Shown here: piece after piece, positions 10,724-19,682 of the stretch
How the letters are laid out: every line of letters starts with the position of its first letter
How positions within the stretch are numbered: position 1 is the stretch's first letter
Source: an uncultured bacterium
GTDB lineage: Bacteria; Verrucomicrobiota; Verrucomicrobiia; Verrucomicrobiales; DEV007
DNA length: 64,000 nt
NCBI GenBank assembly: GCA_963977015.1
Contig: CAXBMO010000002.1
Location: 352,001-416,000, forward strand
Direction of reading: 5' to 3'
The notes under the pieces: model-generated
The model's database searches: none
Told to the model about the DNA's origin: nothing
The model's input: the letters and a program-made list of their open reading frames with translations, nothing else
Position numbers and translations under genes: made by a program

Positions 10724-11778
10724 GGGCGAGGTTGGGGTAGAGTTTGTTGTCCCCACATGACGGATACAATCCAAACCAAAATAAACAATCCTACGGCTAA
10801 AATCAAAACAAAGCGGGGCTTAAAGACCGTCGAGTAGAGGAAAACCAGCTTCACATCCATCATGGGACCGTAAACCAGGAACGCCAATTTCGCGGCGTAG
10901 CTGAACTTCTGCAACGCCGCCGCAACAAAGGCATCGGACGTGCTGCAAAGAGACAAAATGAAGGCCATCACCATCAGCGCGGGCGAGGCGAGCCAGTCGT
11001 TTGACGCGAAGCCTTCCACCCAGCTCTTGCTGACATAGATGTTGAACCACGCGGTCAAAAAGACGCCAAACACGAAATACATCGCCACATCCGTGAAATC
11101 ATTCTGCGCCGTGCGCATGGCCTGAATCAGTCGAGAGCCTTCCACCGGGCTGTGATCGTGGTGGTCGTGATCATGCTCGTGGCCATCCCCATGTTCGTGA
11201 TGATGGTGATGATCCCCCTCATGCTCGTCTGCACCATGCTTGTGGTCATGCTCATGGTTGTGATCGTGCTCATGATCGTGGTGGTGTTCTTCGGATTCAC
11301 GATTCGATTTGATCGTCTTGAGCACCGCGTTCTTGAGGATCGCCTCCATCGGCGTTTTAAGAATCACAAAACCCACAAACACCGTGATTCCGTAAGCCAT
11401 GATTACCCGCGAAACCGCCACGTAAACCCCATGCGTCCCCCATTCCTGAAACGCGGCAATGGTGCTCGTGATAACCACCGGGTTCACAATGGGAGCCGAA
11501 AGCATGTAGGTTAGTGCGCAGGCCAGCGGCAAGCCTTTGGCGATCAATCGCCGAATCACGGGGACAATCGCACACTCACATACCGGGAAAACCGCTCCCA
11601 AAAGCCCGCTCACCAACACCGCGACATATCGATTCTTGGGCAGCCACTTATCCATCAAATTTGATGGCAGATAGGCATCAATGAACCCCGAAATCACAGT
11701 TCCGATGAAAATGAAAAAGGCTCCCTCCAGCAAAATGCTGAGAAAGTCCCCAAGCATGTCATTGAGAGCGGGGTCCAT
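10720..11778 (-). CDS. DUF318/ArsP-like (YcgR-like) permease with long His-rich loop
   Basis: PVCECAIVP, SAPIVNP, SLCSTSDAF and GPMMDVK motifs; multiple TM segments. Confidence 0.85.
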   Translation of the reverse strand: MDPALNDMLGDFLSILLEGAFFIFIGTVISGFIDAYLPSNLMDKWLPKNRYVAVLVSGLLGAVFPVCECAIVPVIRRLIAKGLPLACALTYMLSAPIVNPVVITSTIAAFQEWGTHGVYVAVSRVIMAYGITVFVGFVILKTPMEAILKNAVLKTIKSNRESEEHHHDHEHDHNHEHDHKHGADEHEGDHHHHHEHGDGHEHDHDHHDHSPVEGSRLIQAMRTAQNDFTDVAMYFVFGVFLTAWFNIYVSKSWVEGFASNDWLASPALMVMAFILSLCSTSDAFVAAALQKFSYAAKLAFLVYGPMMDVKLVFLYSTVFKPRFVLILAVGLFILVWIVSVMWGQQTLPQPRP

Positions 11779-11874
11779 AGGCGCGGAAGCGTGGCGCGGT
11801 ATCTCGCAAAATGCAAGAACGTCCCTAACCTCGAAAAAATTCGTAAACTATTGGATCCCTATTGGACTGATTGA

Positions 11875-13152
11875 GTGGCAAAGGTTTTCTTTCCCGCTCG
11901 CATGATCTCCCTTCAATCAACTTCCCGTTCCCGGTTTTCCCGTTCAACTACCCGGACGCGTTTTCTCCACATCACCGCCATCTCAGCGGCGGCGATTGGC
12001 TCCCTCTTCGCGCAATTTGATGAGAAGCCGGAGGCTCTGAGTGCCAAAGAGTGGTGGAACAACGCCAATTGGCTCAAAACCGATCTCTGGGAGGTTCGCG
12101 ACAGGGTTGAGACTACGGATTTCGACAATCATTATGTGATCGATTCGATTTACGGAACGTTTGATGCCTGGGGCGACGATCAGCTGAAAAAGCGGATCAA
12201 GGAAATTCAAGCGATCCACAGACTGCGTGAAAAAGGTGCCGCTCGCGCGACCAGTGACGGGCTGGTCAACGAGACGAAAAAGCGGATCAACGTTGCTGAA
12301 GATCTGGCCAAAACACCGGTCACCACGGTTTTGGATGTGCCCCGGGGTGCGCGGGCCATCGTTCGCCGGGCCGGCGCGTTCCAGCATCGCGAACGCCGCA
12401 AAGGCAACTACAAAGGCGACGGTCCCCTCAAAAGCTGGCTTGGCGTGGATGACCAGAAGCGGCAGATCGCGGCAAAACTGGGAATCGATCCCTACACCGA
12501 CAATCTCGTACTCCAGAAAGAACTCGACCGGGTTTCCACGATTGGCTCGCTGCCCGAACTGGCGGTCAATTACATCGATCCCGGCAGCGGACTCTTCAGC
12601 GTTCTTGAAAGCGGGAGACAGTCTCGGATGAAGGACGCCTACCTGAATTCGCCCTCGGAGCTGTTTGTTCAGAATCGGCGGACGTTGATTGAGGAGCTAG
12701 GTGCAAGCAAAGCCCTGGCGGCCCAGTTTCTCTCTGTCGAATTCGCAACGCCGGCCCAGCAAACGATTCTGGTGGAATCCCTGGTTCAACTGAAAAACAC
12801 CAAAAACCGGCTCCTGCTCGTGCAATTGGCCAACCTCACCAAGACGCGGGCCGAGTTCGAGGTCTATCGACGTTGTGCGGAGTTGCTCGCCTGGTATCAC
12901 TCCAACCGAAGCCCCATTTCCAAACTCACATCGCTGCGCTGGATGCCGGTTGGCGTTGACCAATCGGGAAACCGGGTCCTCCCCTTCCCCATCGACTTCG
13001 GCAGTTGGTGTCCGGAGTGCGGAGGATTCCTCACGGAATTTTCAGAAACGGGAGAAGGGGGAACGCTGGTGATGACCGGAAGGTTGACCGAGCGTGCCCT
13101 GAGCGAACTCGCGAAGCGCAACGTTGACGTGGTTTTTCTGGATCACGAGTAG
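11875..13152 (+). CDS. Hypothetical exported protein (start uncertain)
   Basis: 425-aa ORF with signal-like ITAISAAAIGSLFA; no family recognised. Confidence 0.6.
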   Translation: MAKVFFPARMISLQSTSRSRFSRSTTRTRFLHITAISAAAIGSLFAQFDEKPEALSAKEWWNNANWLKTDLWEVRDRVETTDFDNHYVIDSIYGTFDAWGDDQLKKRIKEIQAIHRLREKGAARATSDGLVNETKKRINVAEDLAKTPVTTVLDVPRGARAIVRRAGAFQHRERRKGNYKGDGPLKSWLGVDDQKRQIAAKLGIDPYTDNLVLQKELDRVSTIGSLPELAVNYIDPGSGLFSVLESGRQSRMKDAYLNSPSELFVQNRRTLIEELGASKALAAQFLSVEFATPAQQTILVESLVQLKNTKNRLLLVQLANLTKTRAEFEVYRRCAELLAWYHSNRSPISKLTSLRWMPVGVDQSGNRVLPFPIDFGSWCPECGGFLTEFSETGEGGTLVMTGRLTERALSELAKRNVDVVFLDHE

Positions 13153-13206
13153 CCTCGGGGGCGATCCAGGGTTGCGCCAAAGGTTGGTTTGCCTAACGTG
13201 CGCTCC

Positions 13207-13512
13207 ATGTTGATCCACAGTGTTTATTTTTGGCTCGATGAGTCACTCTCTTCAGCGCAGAAGGCTGAGTTTGAAGCAGGAATGAAAGCTCTTTTTTCCA
13301 TCGACGTGGTTGCGTCCGGTGAGATTGGAACGCCTGCCGCAACGCCGGAACGTCCTGTCACCAACAACACCTTCGACTACGCACTCTTCCTCAAGTTCGA
13401 GAAGGTGGAGGACCACAATGCCTACCAGATTCACCCCGACCATCAGGTCTTCGTTGACAACTTCAGCCAGTGGTTCAAGACCGTTCAGATCTACGATACC
13501 GAATACGCGTGA
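13207..13512 (+). CDS. Dabb family (stress-responsive alpha/beta barrel) protein
   Basis: MLIHSVYFWL...FDYALFLKF...HNAYQIHPDHQVFV pattern. Confidence 0.85.
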   Translation: MLIHSVYFWLDESLSSAQKAEFEAGMKALFSIDVVASGEIGTPAATPERPVTNNTFDYALFLKFEKVEDHNAYQIHPDHQVFVDNFSQWFKTVQIYDTEYA

Positions 13513-14231
13513 TGACCGCAGCAATCCAAAACCCCCAGGGCGAGCGGCTCGACTACTCCTTCCATCCGGCCTCTGATTCCACCCGCATCTTGATCATCGG
13601 ACATGGCGTGACCGGCAACAAAGACCGCCCCTGGGCCGAAGCGCTTGGGAACGCGGTATCCGCCGCCGGCATCCCCGCGCTACGCTTCTCGTTCGCCGGA
13701 AACGGTGAAAGCGAAGGCGCCTTTCGCGATTGCACGATCAGCAAGGAAGTCTCCGATCTCGGCGCGGTAATTGATGCCGTGGATGGCGACTACGACGAAG
13801 TGATCTATGCCGGGCACAGCATGGGCGGCGCTGTCGGTGTTCTTCGAACTGCTGCTGACGACCGGATCAAGAAACTGATTTCCCTCGCCGGGATGGTTCA
13901 CACCAAGCGATTTACCGAAGAGGAGTTTGGTGAGGTGACGCCGGATTCCGGCTTCATGTGGGAGGACGAAGAGTGCCCTCTATCGAGCGCTTACGTCAAC
14001 GATTTGACCGAAATTGGCTCCACCATCTCCAAGGCGAGCGAGATCAAGGTCCCTTGGCTGCTGATTCACGGCGACGCAGATGACGTCATTCCCATTGGAG
14101 AAAGCCGGGAAATTTTTGCCGAAGCGAACGAGCCCAAAAAGCTGATTGAGCTTCCGGGAGTGAATCACGTCTTCGCGGATGCGGGCCAAGCGCCGATGAC
14201 GGCGGCCGTTGTGGAGTGGCTAAACGCCTGA
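13512..14231 (+). CDS. Alpha/beta hydrolase
   Basis: HG oxyanion motif, GHSMGG nucleophile elbow, IHGDADD and terminal His (VNHVF); TGATG overlap with the Dabb gene. Confidence 0.88.
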   Translation: MTAAIQNPQGERLDYSFHPASDSTRILIIGHGVTGNKDRPWAEALGNAVSAAGIPALRFSFAGNGESEGAFRDCTISKEVSDLGAVIDAVDGDYDEVIYAGHSMGGAVGVLRTAADDRIKKLISLAGMVHTKRFTEEEFGEVTPDSGFMWEDEECPLSSAYVNDLTEIGSTISKASEIKVPWLLIHGDADDVIPIGESREIFAEANEPKKLIELPGVNHVFADAGQAPMTAAVVEWLNA

Positions 14232-14340
14232 AATTCGGCCAACCACGCCAAAAACAGACAACTTTGTCTGTAGGTTTTCGAGTCGTGATTGCGACAGAAT
14301 CAGGGAACCCCATGATTCCTAACCAATCCCCCTCAAAACC

Positions 14341-14568
14341 ATGTACGACCGCTCTGATATCCAGAACTTTCAAGCCCGCTATCAAATGACCTCCATCCCC
14401 ACAATCGTTCAGGATGGAAGCCTCTGGGACGCCGTTGCGCGTCACGAAAAGCACGACCAAAAAATGCTTCGGCTCAAGAAGTCACTCGGCATTTGCCGTG
14501 CCGCGCAGCTGCTTGGCAAGGACGTTTGCGAAGCGCCTGAACCGCTCGGGAAACCAGTGGCCGACTAA
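14341..14568 (+). CDS. Small hypothetical protein (75 aa)
   Basis: ATG-initiated ORF filling an otherwise empty gap; its stop overlaps the mlaD stop by 4 nt. No homology recognised. Confidence 0.35.
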   Translation: MYDRSDIQNFQARYQMTSIPTIVQDGSLWDAVARHEKHDQKMLRLKKSLGICRAAQLLGKDVCEAPEPLGKPVAD

Positions 14569-15773
14569 AAGCCCTCCTTCTTCTTTCGGAAGATTCGAAT
14601 CGCGCGGTCGTCCGCCTGTGCGTTCACTTTCTCCATCTCACCTTCGTCTTTCCTGCCGTTGCCAGGTTGAATCACCACGGGATAGGACTCCTTGCGCTCG
14701 ATGTAGTCGAGCAACTCTTCCTTGGTCGGAATGTCGTTGGTGCCATTGCCAAAGATGAGGCGATTCGGCTTCTCGGCGAGGGTGCCAGCGATGTATTGGC
14801 CCCAAACCGTCATCACATGAAGTTCCTGGGTTAGCGACTCCACCTTGGACGTGATGCCCAGGAGTTGTTGGCGAAGCGCTTCCTCCGGTTTGTCCTCGGG
14901 ACCGGCCAACAGGACGTGAATTTCCTCGGTAATGTTATTCAACTGGGTCCGCAATCCAGCCTCGTCTTCCGTGCCGCAAATCATCTTGTTCAGCTCCAGC
15001 GAAAAGGCGTCCAGATTCGTGACGATCCGCTTGGCCCCATCATTAATACCTTCCTTGCCCTCTTCCCCTACCATCAACACATTCAACCCTGAGGAAAGGG
15101 ACTCCAGATTGCCGAGCACTTCGTCGATTTGCCCCTTCATGCCCGGTTTCTCGTCATCGCCGGAAAACGCGGCGCTGAAGTCGGCGGAAACGTCCTTCAA
15201 ACTTCCCGTCAGTTCTTCGATGTTCGTCACGGAGGTCATCAAGCCTTTTCCGCTGTCACCATTGAGTTGAGCGACGACTCCATTCAACGTCACCACCAAC
15301 TCGTCAATATTCGCGACGATTTCAGACGACCCCGGAGCGATATCTTCCAACATCGACGGCGCAGAACTTGCCGAAAGGATCGTCCCGCCAGCGAGGAGCC
15401 CCTCCTCATCATCCACCCGTTTCAGCGCGACAAAGCGCTCGCCCAGCATCGACGACGAGGTGATCGAAACCTTTACGTTCGCGGGAATATCGATCTCCTC
15501 CAGAATCGCGACATTCATCCGAATGATCTCATCAGGATGTCTGCGTTCTTCGACTGATAGGTGCTCAATTTCACGAACCACCCCAATCGTCGAACCCGCG
15601 TAGCGAACCTCGGAATTCGTGCTGACTCCCGATATGTCCTCGAAGTCGACCGCAAACTCCAAATGCGGCTTCTCAAAGGGATTGCCAATGACCGCAAACA
15701 CCAAGGCCGCCAGCAGCAGCGCGGATGAAATGATCACACTAAGGGAAACAAAGAGATCGGATTTCTGGTTCAT
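14565..15773 (-). CDS. mlaD: MCE/MlaD-family protein with extended helical region
   Basis: N-terminal TM, MCE motif (SGVSTNSEVRYAGSTIGVV...SMLGERFV), C-terminal EKPNRLIFG; directly downstream of mlaF. Confidence 0.85.
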   Translation of the reverse strand: MNQKSDLFVSLSVIISSALLLAALVFAVIGNPFEKPHLEFAVDFEDISGVSTNSEVRYAGSTIGVVREIEHLSVEERRHPDEIIRMNVAILEEIDIPANVKVSITSSSMLGERFVALKRVDDEEGLLAGGTILSASSAPSMLEDIAPGSSEIVANIDELVVTLNGVVAQLNGDSGKGLMTSVTNIEELTGSLKDVSADFSAAFSGDDEKPGMKGQIDEVLGNLESLSSGLNVLMVGEEGKEGINDGAKRIVTNLDAFSLELNKMICGTEDEAGLRTQLNNITEEIHVLLAGPEDKPEEALRQQLLGITSKVESLTQELHVMTVWGQYIAGTLAEKPNRLIFGNGTNDIPTKEELLDYIERKESYPVVIQPGNGRKDEGEMEKVNAQADDRAIRIFRKKKEGF

Positions 15774-16624
15774 ATCTCAAAATCTGAGCCTAACAGCACC
15801 TCGCCATACTTCTCCCCTGCCGTCTTGTAGGGAATTGGGCCATGTGCCTGACCTTCAATAAATTGCTGAACAATGGGACTTGAATGGCTCCGAATTTCTT
15901 CGGGAGTTCCTTCCGCCACAATTTTGCCCTGCTGCTCGCCAGTGCCCAACATGATGATTCGGCTCGCGATGCGGAAAATGCTCGTCATATCGTGGGTCAC
16001 CACCACCACCGTCGCCCCAATCTTGCGCGTCAGGTCCTTCGTCAACTGGTCGACCACCGCAGTCATGATGGGATCCAGCCCCGCCGTCGGCTCATCACTA
16101 AAGATCAACTCCGGATCCAACGCCAACGCCCGGGCCAGGGCCACCCGCTTCTTCATCCCGCCACTAATCTCCGAGGGCATCTTCTTCCCATGCCCGGTCA
16201 GCCCCACCTGCTCCAACTTCATCTTCACCACAATATCCACCAAGTCCGCGTTGAGGTTTCCGTGCTCACGCAGAGGAAGCGCCACGTTGTCCTCCACCGT
16301 CATGGATTGAAGCAAGGCTCCGGACTGGAACAGCATCCCGATGCGTCGTCGAACCCCCTGCATTTGCTGGCTGCTCATTCGGGTAATGTCCTCACCAAAC
16401 ATCTTGATCACCCCCGACGTCGGCTTCTCCGCCCCAATCAAGTGCCGCAACAGCGTACTCTTGCCACAGCCACTTCCTCCCATAATCACAAAGGTATCGC
16501 CCGGATAGATCTTGAAACTCACCCCATTCAACACGGATCGATCGCCGAACTTCCGCACCAGATCGATCACCTCGATCAGCGGTTCGCCTCGCTCAGTACT
16601 GCTCGCATCAATCTGGGCCATCAT
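15770..16624 (-). CDS. mlaF: MlaF/Mkl-type ABC ATPase
   Basis: GGSGCGKS, ISGGMKKRVALARALALDP, DEPTAGLDP, VTHD. Confidence 0.9.
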   Translation of the reverse strand: MMAQIDASSTERGEPLIEVIDLVRKFGDRSVLNGVSFKIYPGDTFVIMGGSGCGKSTLLRHLIGAEKPTSGVIKMFGEDITRMSSQQMQGVRRRIGMLFQSGALLQSMTVEDNVALPLREHGNLNADLVDIVVKMKLEQVGLTGHGKKMPSEISGGMKKRVALARALALDPELIFSDEPTAGLDPIMTAVVDQLTKDLTRKIGATVVVVTHDMTSIFRIASRIIMLGTGEQQGKIVAEGTPEEIRSHSSPIVQQFIEGQAHGPIPYKTAGEKYGEVLLGSDFEI

Positions 16625-16769
16625 TTGGCTAGTCTAATATCGTCGCCATTGTCTGACTTTGTGACCATTACAGAATCACATGACCCAAAAAGTCAGCGTC
16701 TCGGGCCTTCCGGCGGAGACTATCGTCCCACCCCACGCATTGCAAGCCTCGCCTTACGGGGAATTTGCC

Positions 16770-16797
16770 GATGGAACCGCCAAGTCACGGTTCCATC
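16770..16797. other. Perfect 10-bp stem hairpin between mlaE and mlaF
   Basis: gatggaaccg-ccaagtca-cggttccatc; no U-tract. Confidence 0.5.
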
Positions 16798-16813
16798 CCA
16801 TCTCGCGCGATCC

Positions 16814-17557
16814 CTAAAAGAAGAATAACGCCGTCAAAAACGCATTGGCGACGAAGACGGCCAGGAGCGAGTAAACCACGGATTGGGTCGTCGCTTTGCC
16901 GACGCCTTCCGCTCCTCCCCGCACGTTCATACCGGCGTTGCAGGCAATGGTAACGACGAGGAAGGCAAAAACGGCACTCTTGAGCATGCAGATGCCGATG
17001 TCTTGCAACGTGATGGCGGATAAGGCGCGATTGACAAAGTAAGAGGTGCTCATTTCCAAAGCCGTCTTGGTGATGAGCCAGCCTCCAAACATTCCCACAT
17101 AAATGCCGAAAATGGTCAGAACAGGCAGCATGACCATCATGGCGAGGAAGCGGGGAAGAATGAGGAACGAGGTCGGGTGAATCGCCATCACGTCGAGAGC
17201 CTCAATTTCCTCGGAAACCCGCATGGTCCCCAGTTCCGCCGTTACCGAGGAACCGCTGCGCCCGATCACGATGACTGCGATGAGCAATGGCGCCAATTCC
17301 TTGAGCAGGCTCGCCGCAGTCAATTCAGGGACAAATGCTTCCGCTCCCATCGATTTGAGGGTCGCCGCAGATTGCATCGACAAAACCAGACCAATCGATA
17401 GCGCGGTGAGGGACGCCATGGGAACGGCTTGAACACCGATCTTCACCATTTGGCTGTAGGTGTTGCCCATGCGATAAAACTGGCCGCGAAGCGGAGCGAC
17501 AAAAAGCCACCATCCCAGACTTCGCACGAGCTTGACATACTGATTAACCCCGGTCAT
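16814..17557 (-). CDS. mlaE: MlaE-family ABC permease
   Basis: ELAPLL, GRSGSSVTAELGTMRVSEEIEALDVM and GGAEGVGKATT motifs. Confidence 0.92.
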   Translation of the reverse strand: MTGVNQYVKLVRSLGWWLFVAPLRGQFYRMGNTYSQMVKIGVQAVPMASLTALSIGLVLSMQSAATLKSMGAEAFVPELTAASLLKELAPLLIAVIVIGRSGSSVTAELGTMRVSEEIEALDVMAIHPTSFLILPRFLAMMVMLPVLTIFGIYVGMFGGWLITKTALEMSTSYFVNRALSAITLQDIGICMLKSAVFAFLVVTIACNAGMNVRGGAEGVGKATTQSVVYSLLAVFVANAFLTALFFF

Positions 17558-17649
17558 TCCGATTTCAGGCTTCGACTCATTTCTAGGACGACCCTAGCCT
17601 TTTCTTCTTCATGAGCCAAGCGTTAGGCTGCATTTTAGAACAACCACAC

Positions 17650-18498
17650 TTAGTCCCAGGTGGCGGGATCGAGCCCAAAGTAATCGACCAACTCTTGATA
17701 GAGCTCCGGCAGCTTGCGCTTCATCTTGGCCGGTTGCTCAAAGAAGGTTTCCGTCGACACGGCGAAAAATTCGGCCGGACTCAAGGCTCCGTAGGGATCC
17801 AAAAACGTCTTCCGCCCTTTCTCGGTATCCTCGACCAACTCGCTGTAACGGTGGCTGAAGACTTTGGCCCAGTCTCCGTATTCGCTCGGATCGGAGAGGA
17901 TGGGGACGCCATCGCCTCGCCCGTCTTCCTGATCCAACTGATGCGCAAACTCGTGAATCACGACATTTTGGCCATCATCCTCGTTCGCAGCCCCGTGTTG
18001 CACGCTGTCCCACGCCAGCACGACCGATCCCGTGGTCCACGATTCGCCCAACCGATGCTCAGGATCCTCCCGCAAGCTGAAGGTTCGCGCTCCTGAATCC
18101 AGATACGCAGTTGGATAGAGGATAATTGTGAAGAGTTCCGGGAAAAGGCGCCTGGGTCGCCGCCCGACCGTCAAAAGAGCCGCTTGAGCGAGAATCAAGA
18201 GCCGCATCTCGTCGGTGACCGGCCCCAAATCCGCGGGTGACTCGAACACCTTCTCCTCCATCATGATTCGCGTTTGAAATTGCAGCCTCTCGCGAAGCTC
18301 GGCAGGCAGTCTCGGGTAAATCTCAAACTTCCGGTTCAAGTAGGCATCCCACTCCGCCGGAAACTCTTCATTCTGAAAGTGCTCCACCATCCGGCGATAG
18401 CGCTGACGGCTCAACATCGGACGGACGACAAGATGGACCACCAAAAAGTAGACCGCAGCCATCACGATGAGAATTGCAATTCCGCTCAGGACGCTCAT
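17650..18498 (-). CDS. Zinc-dependent peptidase, M90/MtfA family, with N-terminal TM
   Basis: LGESW, NVVIHEFAHQLD and EFFAVSTETFFEQP motifs. Confidence 0.88.
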   Translation of the reverse strand: MSVLSGIAILIVMAAVYFLVVHLVVRPMLSRQRYRRMVEHFQNEEFPAEWDAYLNRKFEIYPRLPAELRERLQFQTRIMMEEKVFESPADLGPVTDEMRLLILAQAALLTVGRRPRRLFPELFTIILYPTAYLDSGARTFSLREDPEHRLGESWTTGSVVLAWDSVQHGAANEDDGQNVVIHEFAHQLDQEDGRGDGVPILSDPSEYGDWAKVFSHRYSELVEDTEKGRKTFLDPYGALSPAEFFAVSTETFFEQPAKMKRKLPELYQELVDYFGLDPATWD

Positions 18499-18509
18499 GT
18501 TCGCCTACC

Positions 18510-19613
18510 ATGGCACTCCCTGAATATTCTGAAAACCTCATTCGCCTTGCCAAGGCACTCATCAATCAAGAGAAGGCCAAAGTTCTCGTCCCACCACAAG
18601 ACAACTCGAGCGGCTACTGGTTTGGAGGCGGGAACGTGGTCCAGGCTCCCGACGGAAGCGTGCTGATTATCGGTCGATATCGCAATTATGGCGACTCGAG
18701 AACCGGGGTCGGGGCAGGCGAACGCGGCCTTGAGCTCGCCCTTTTTCGGGCTGAATCGGTCGACGATCCGTTTGAGAAGCTGCTGAGTTGGAACAAAGAG
18801 GAGCTTCAGTGCGGCGAAAAGGAAGTTGTCTCCATCGAAGGCGCGACGCTCCTGCTCGATGGAAATCAGGCCGAGTTGTTTGTCTCGACGGAGAAAGACA
18901 TCTCCTATCCGGACGATCTCGCGGACTTCCAGAAGGCAGGCACCGGCGTTTGGAGCATCGACCGCCTGGTGGCTCCCGTGGTGCTCGACCTCCAGAAGTC
19001 GCCCGTGGAAGAGGTTTTAACCGGTCCCGATCCCGCTCACCTTCATGTGAAGGATCCGAAGGCGTTTCATCTTCCCAACGGCAACACTGCGCTGATCTTT
19101 TGCAATCACCCCTACACGTGGTCGAGCTCAAACTCGGGCCTGGCCATCCGCAAACGCGGCGAGGAAACGTTTGAGACCGTGACCCACGATCTCCTGCCCC
19201 GCGGCCCGGTTTGGGACATCGCCGTTTCCCGAGTTACCGACCGCATGCCGGTTCCCAAGCTCGGCAAGTTCGTGGATCTGCCGGAAATGTGCCTCTACTT
19301 TTACTGCGGAGCCGAAAACCTGCGCCAATTGGATGACAATCCCAAAGCCGTGAAACGACCTCGCGGTTGGTCCTGCGAAGAAATCGGCGGAGTTGCCATG
19401 GGGATCGAGGACGAATTTCCGTCCTTGGAGCGACTTTCCGTCAATGAAGCGTTCTTCACCTCTCCTTATGGCACGGGTTGCAGCCGATACGTGAGCACGT
19501 TGATCACTGATCAGGGAATCTTTGCCACCTGGCAGCAATCTCAGGACGACCTTTCCCAACCACTCGTTGGCCACTTTTTGCCGATGAAAACGGTCGAGGA
19601 AATATTGAGCTAG
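18510..19613 (+). CDS. Hypothetical protein, possibly beta-propeller glycosidase-like
   Basis: 367-aa ORF from ATG 18510 with HVKDP and RY motifs reminiscent of 5-bladed propeller glycosidases; no signal peptide. Confidence 0.55.
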   Translation: MALPEYSENLIRLAKALINQEKAKVLVPPQDNSSGYWFGGGNVVQAPDGSVLIIGRYRNYGDSRTGVGAGERGLELALFRAESVDDPFEKLLSWNKEELQCGEKEVVSIEGATLLLDGNQAELFVSTEKDISYPDDLADFQKAGTGVWSIDRLVAPVVLDLQKSPVEEVLTGPDPAHLHVKDPKAFHLPNGNTALIFCNHPYTWSSSNSGLAIRKRGEETFETVTHDLLPRGPVWDIAVSRVTDRMPVPKLGKFVDLPEMCLYFYCGAENLRQLDDNPKAVKRPRGWSCEEIGGVAMGIEDEFPSLERLSVNEAFFTSPYGTGCSRYVSTLITDQGIFATWQQSQDDLSQPLVGHFLPMKTVEEILS

Positions 19614-19682
19614 AATCGATGGAGTTTCCCGTCAGTCCCCTTTAAGCGAACTTGACATTCCAGCGAAAAATCGGCCTATTAG

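Noticed and set aside
11150-11290. Short tandem tgatcg/tggtg repeats as CRISPR or VNTR
   Set aside because: They are His/Asp/Glu codons within the permease loop; no repeat-spacer structure.
19652-19682. Sigma70 promoter from TTGACA
   Set aside because: No convincing -10 hexamer at 16-18 nt spacing.
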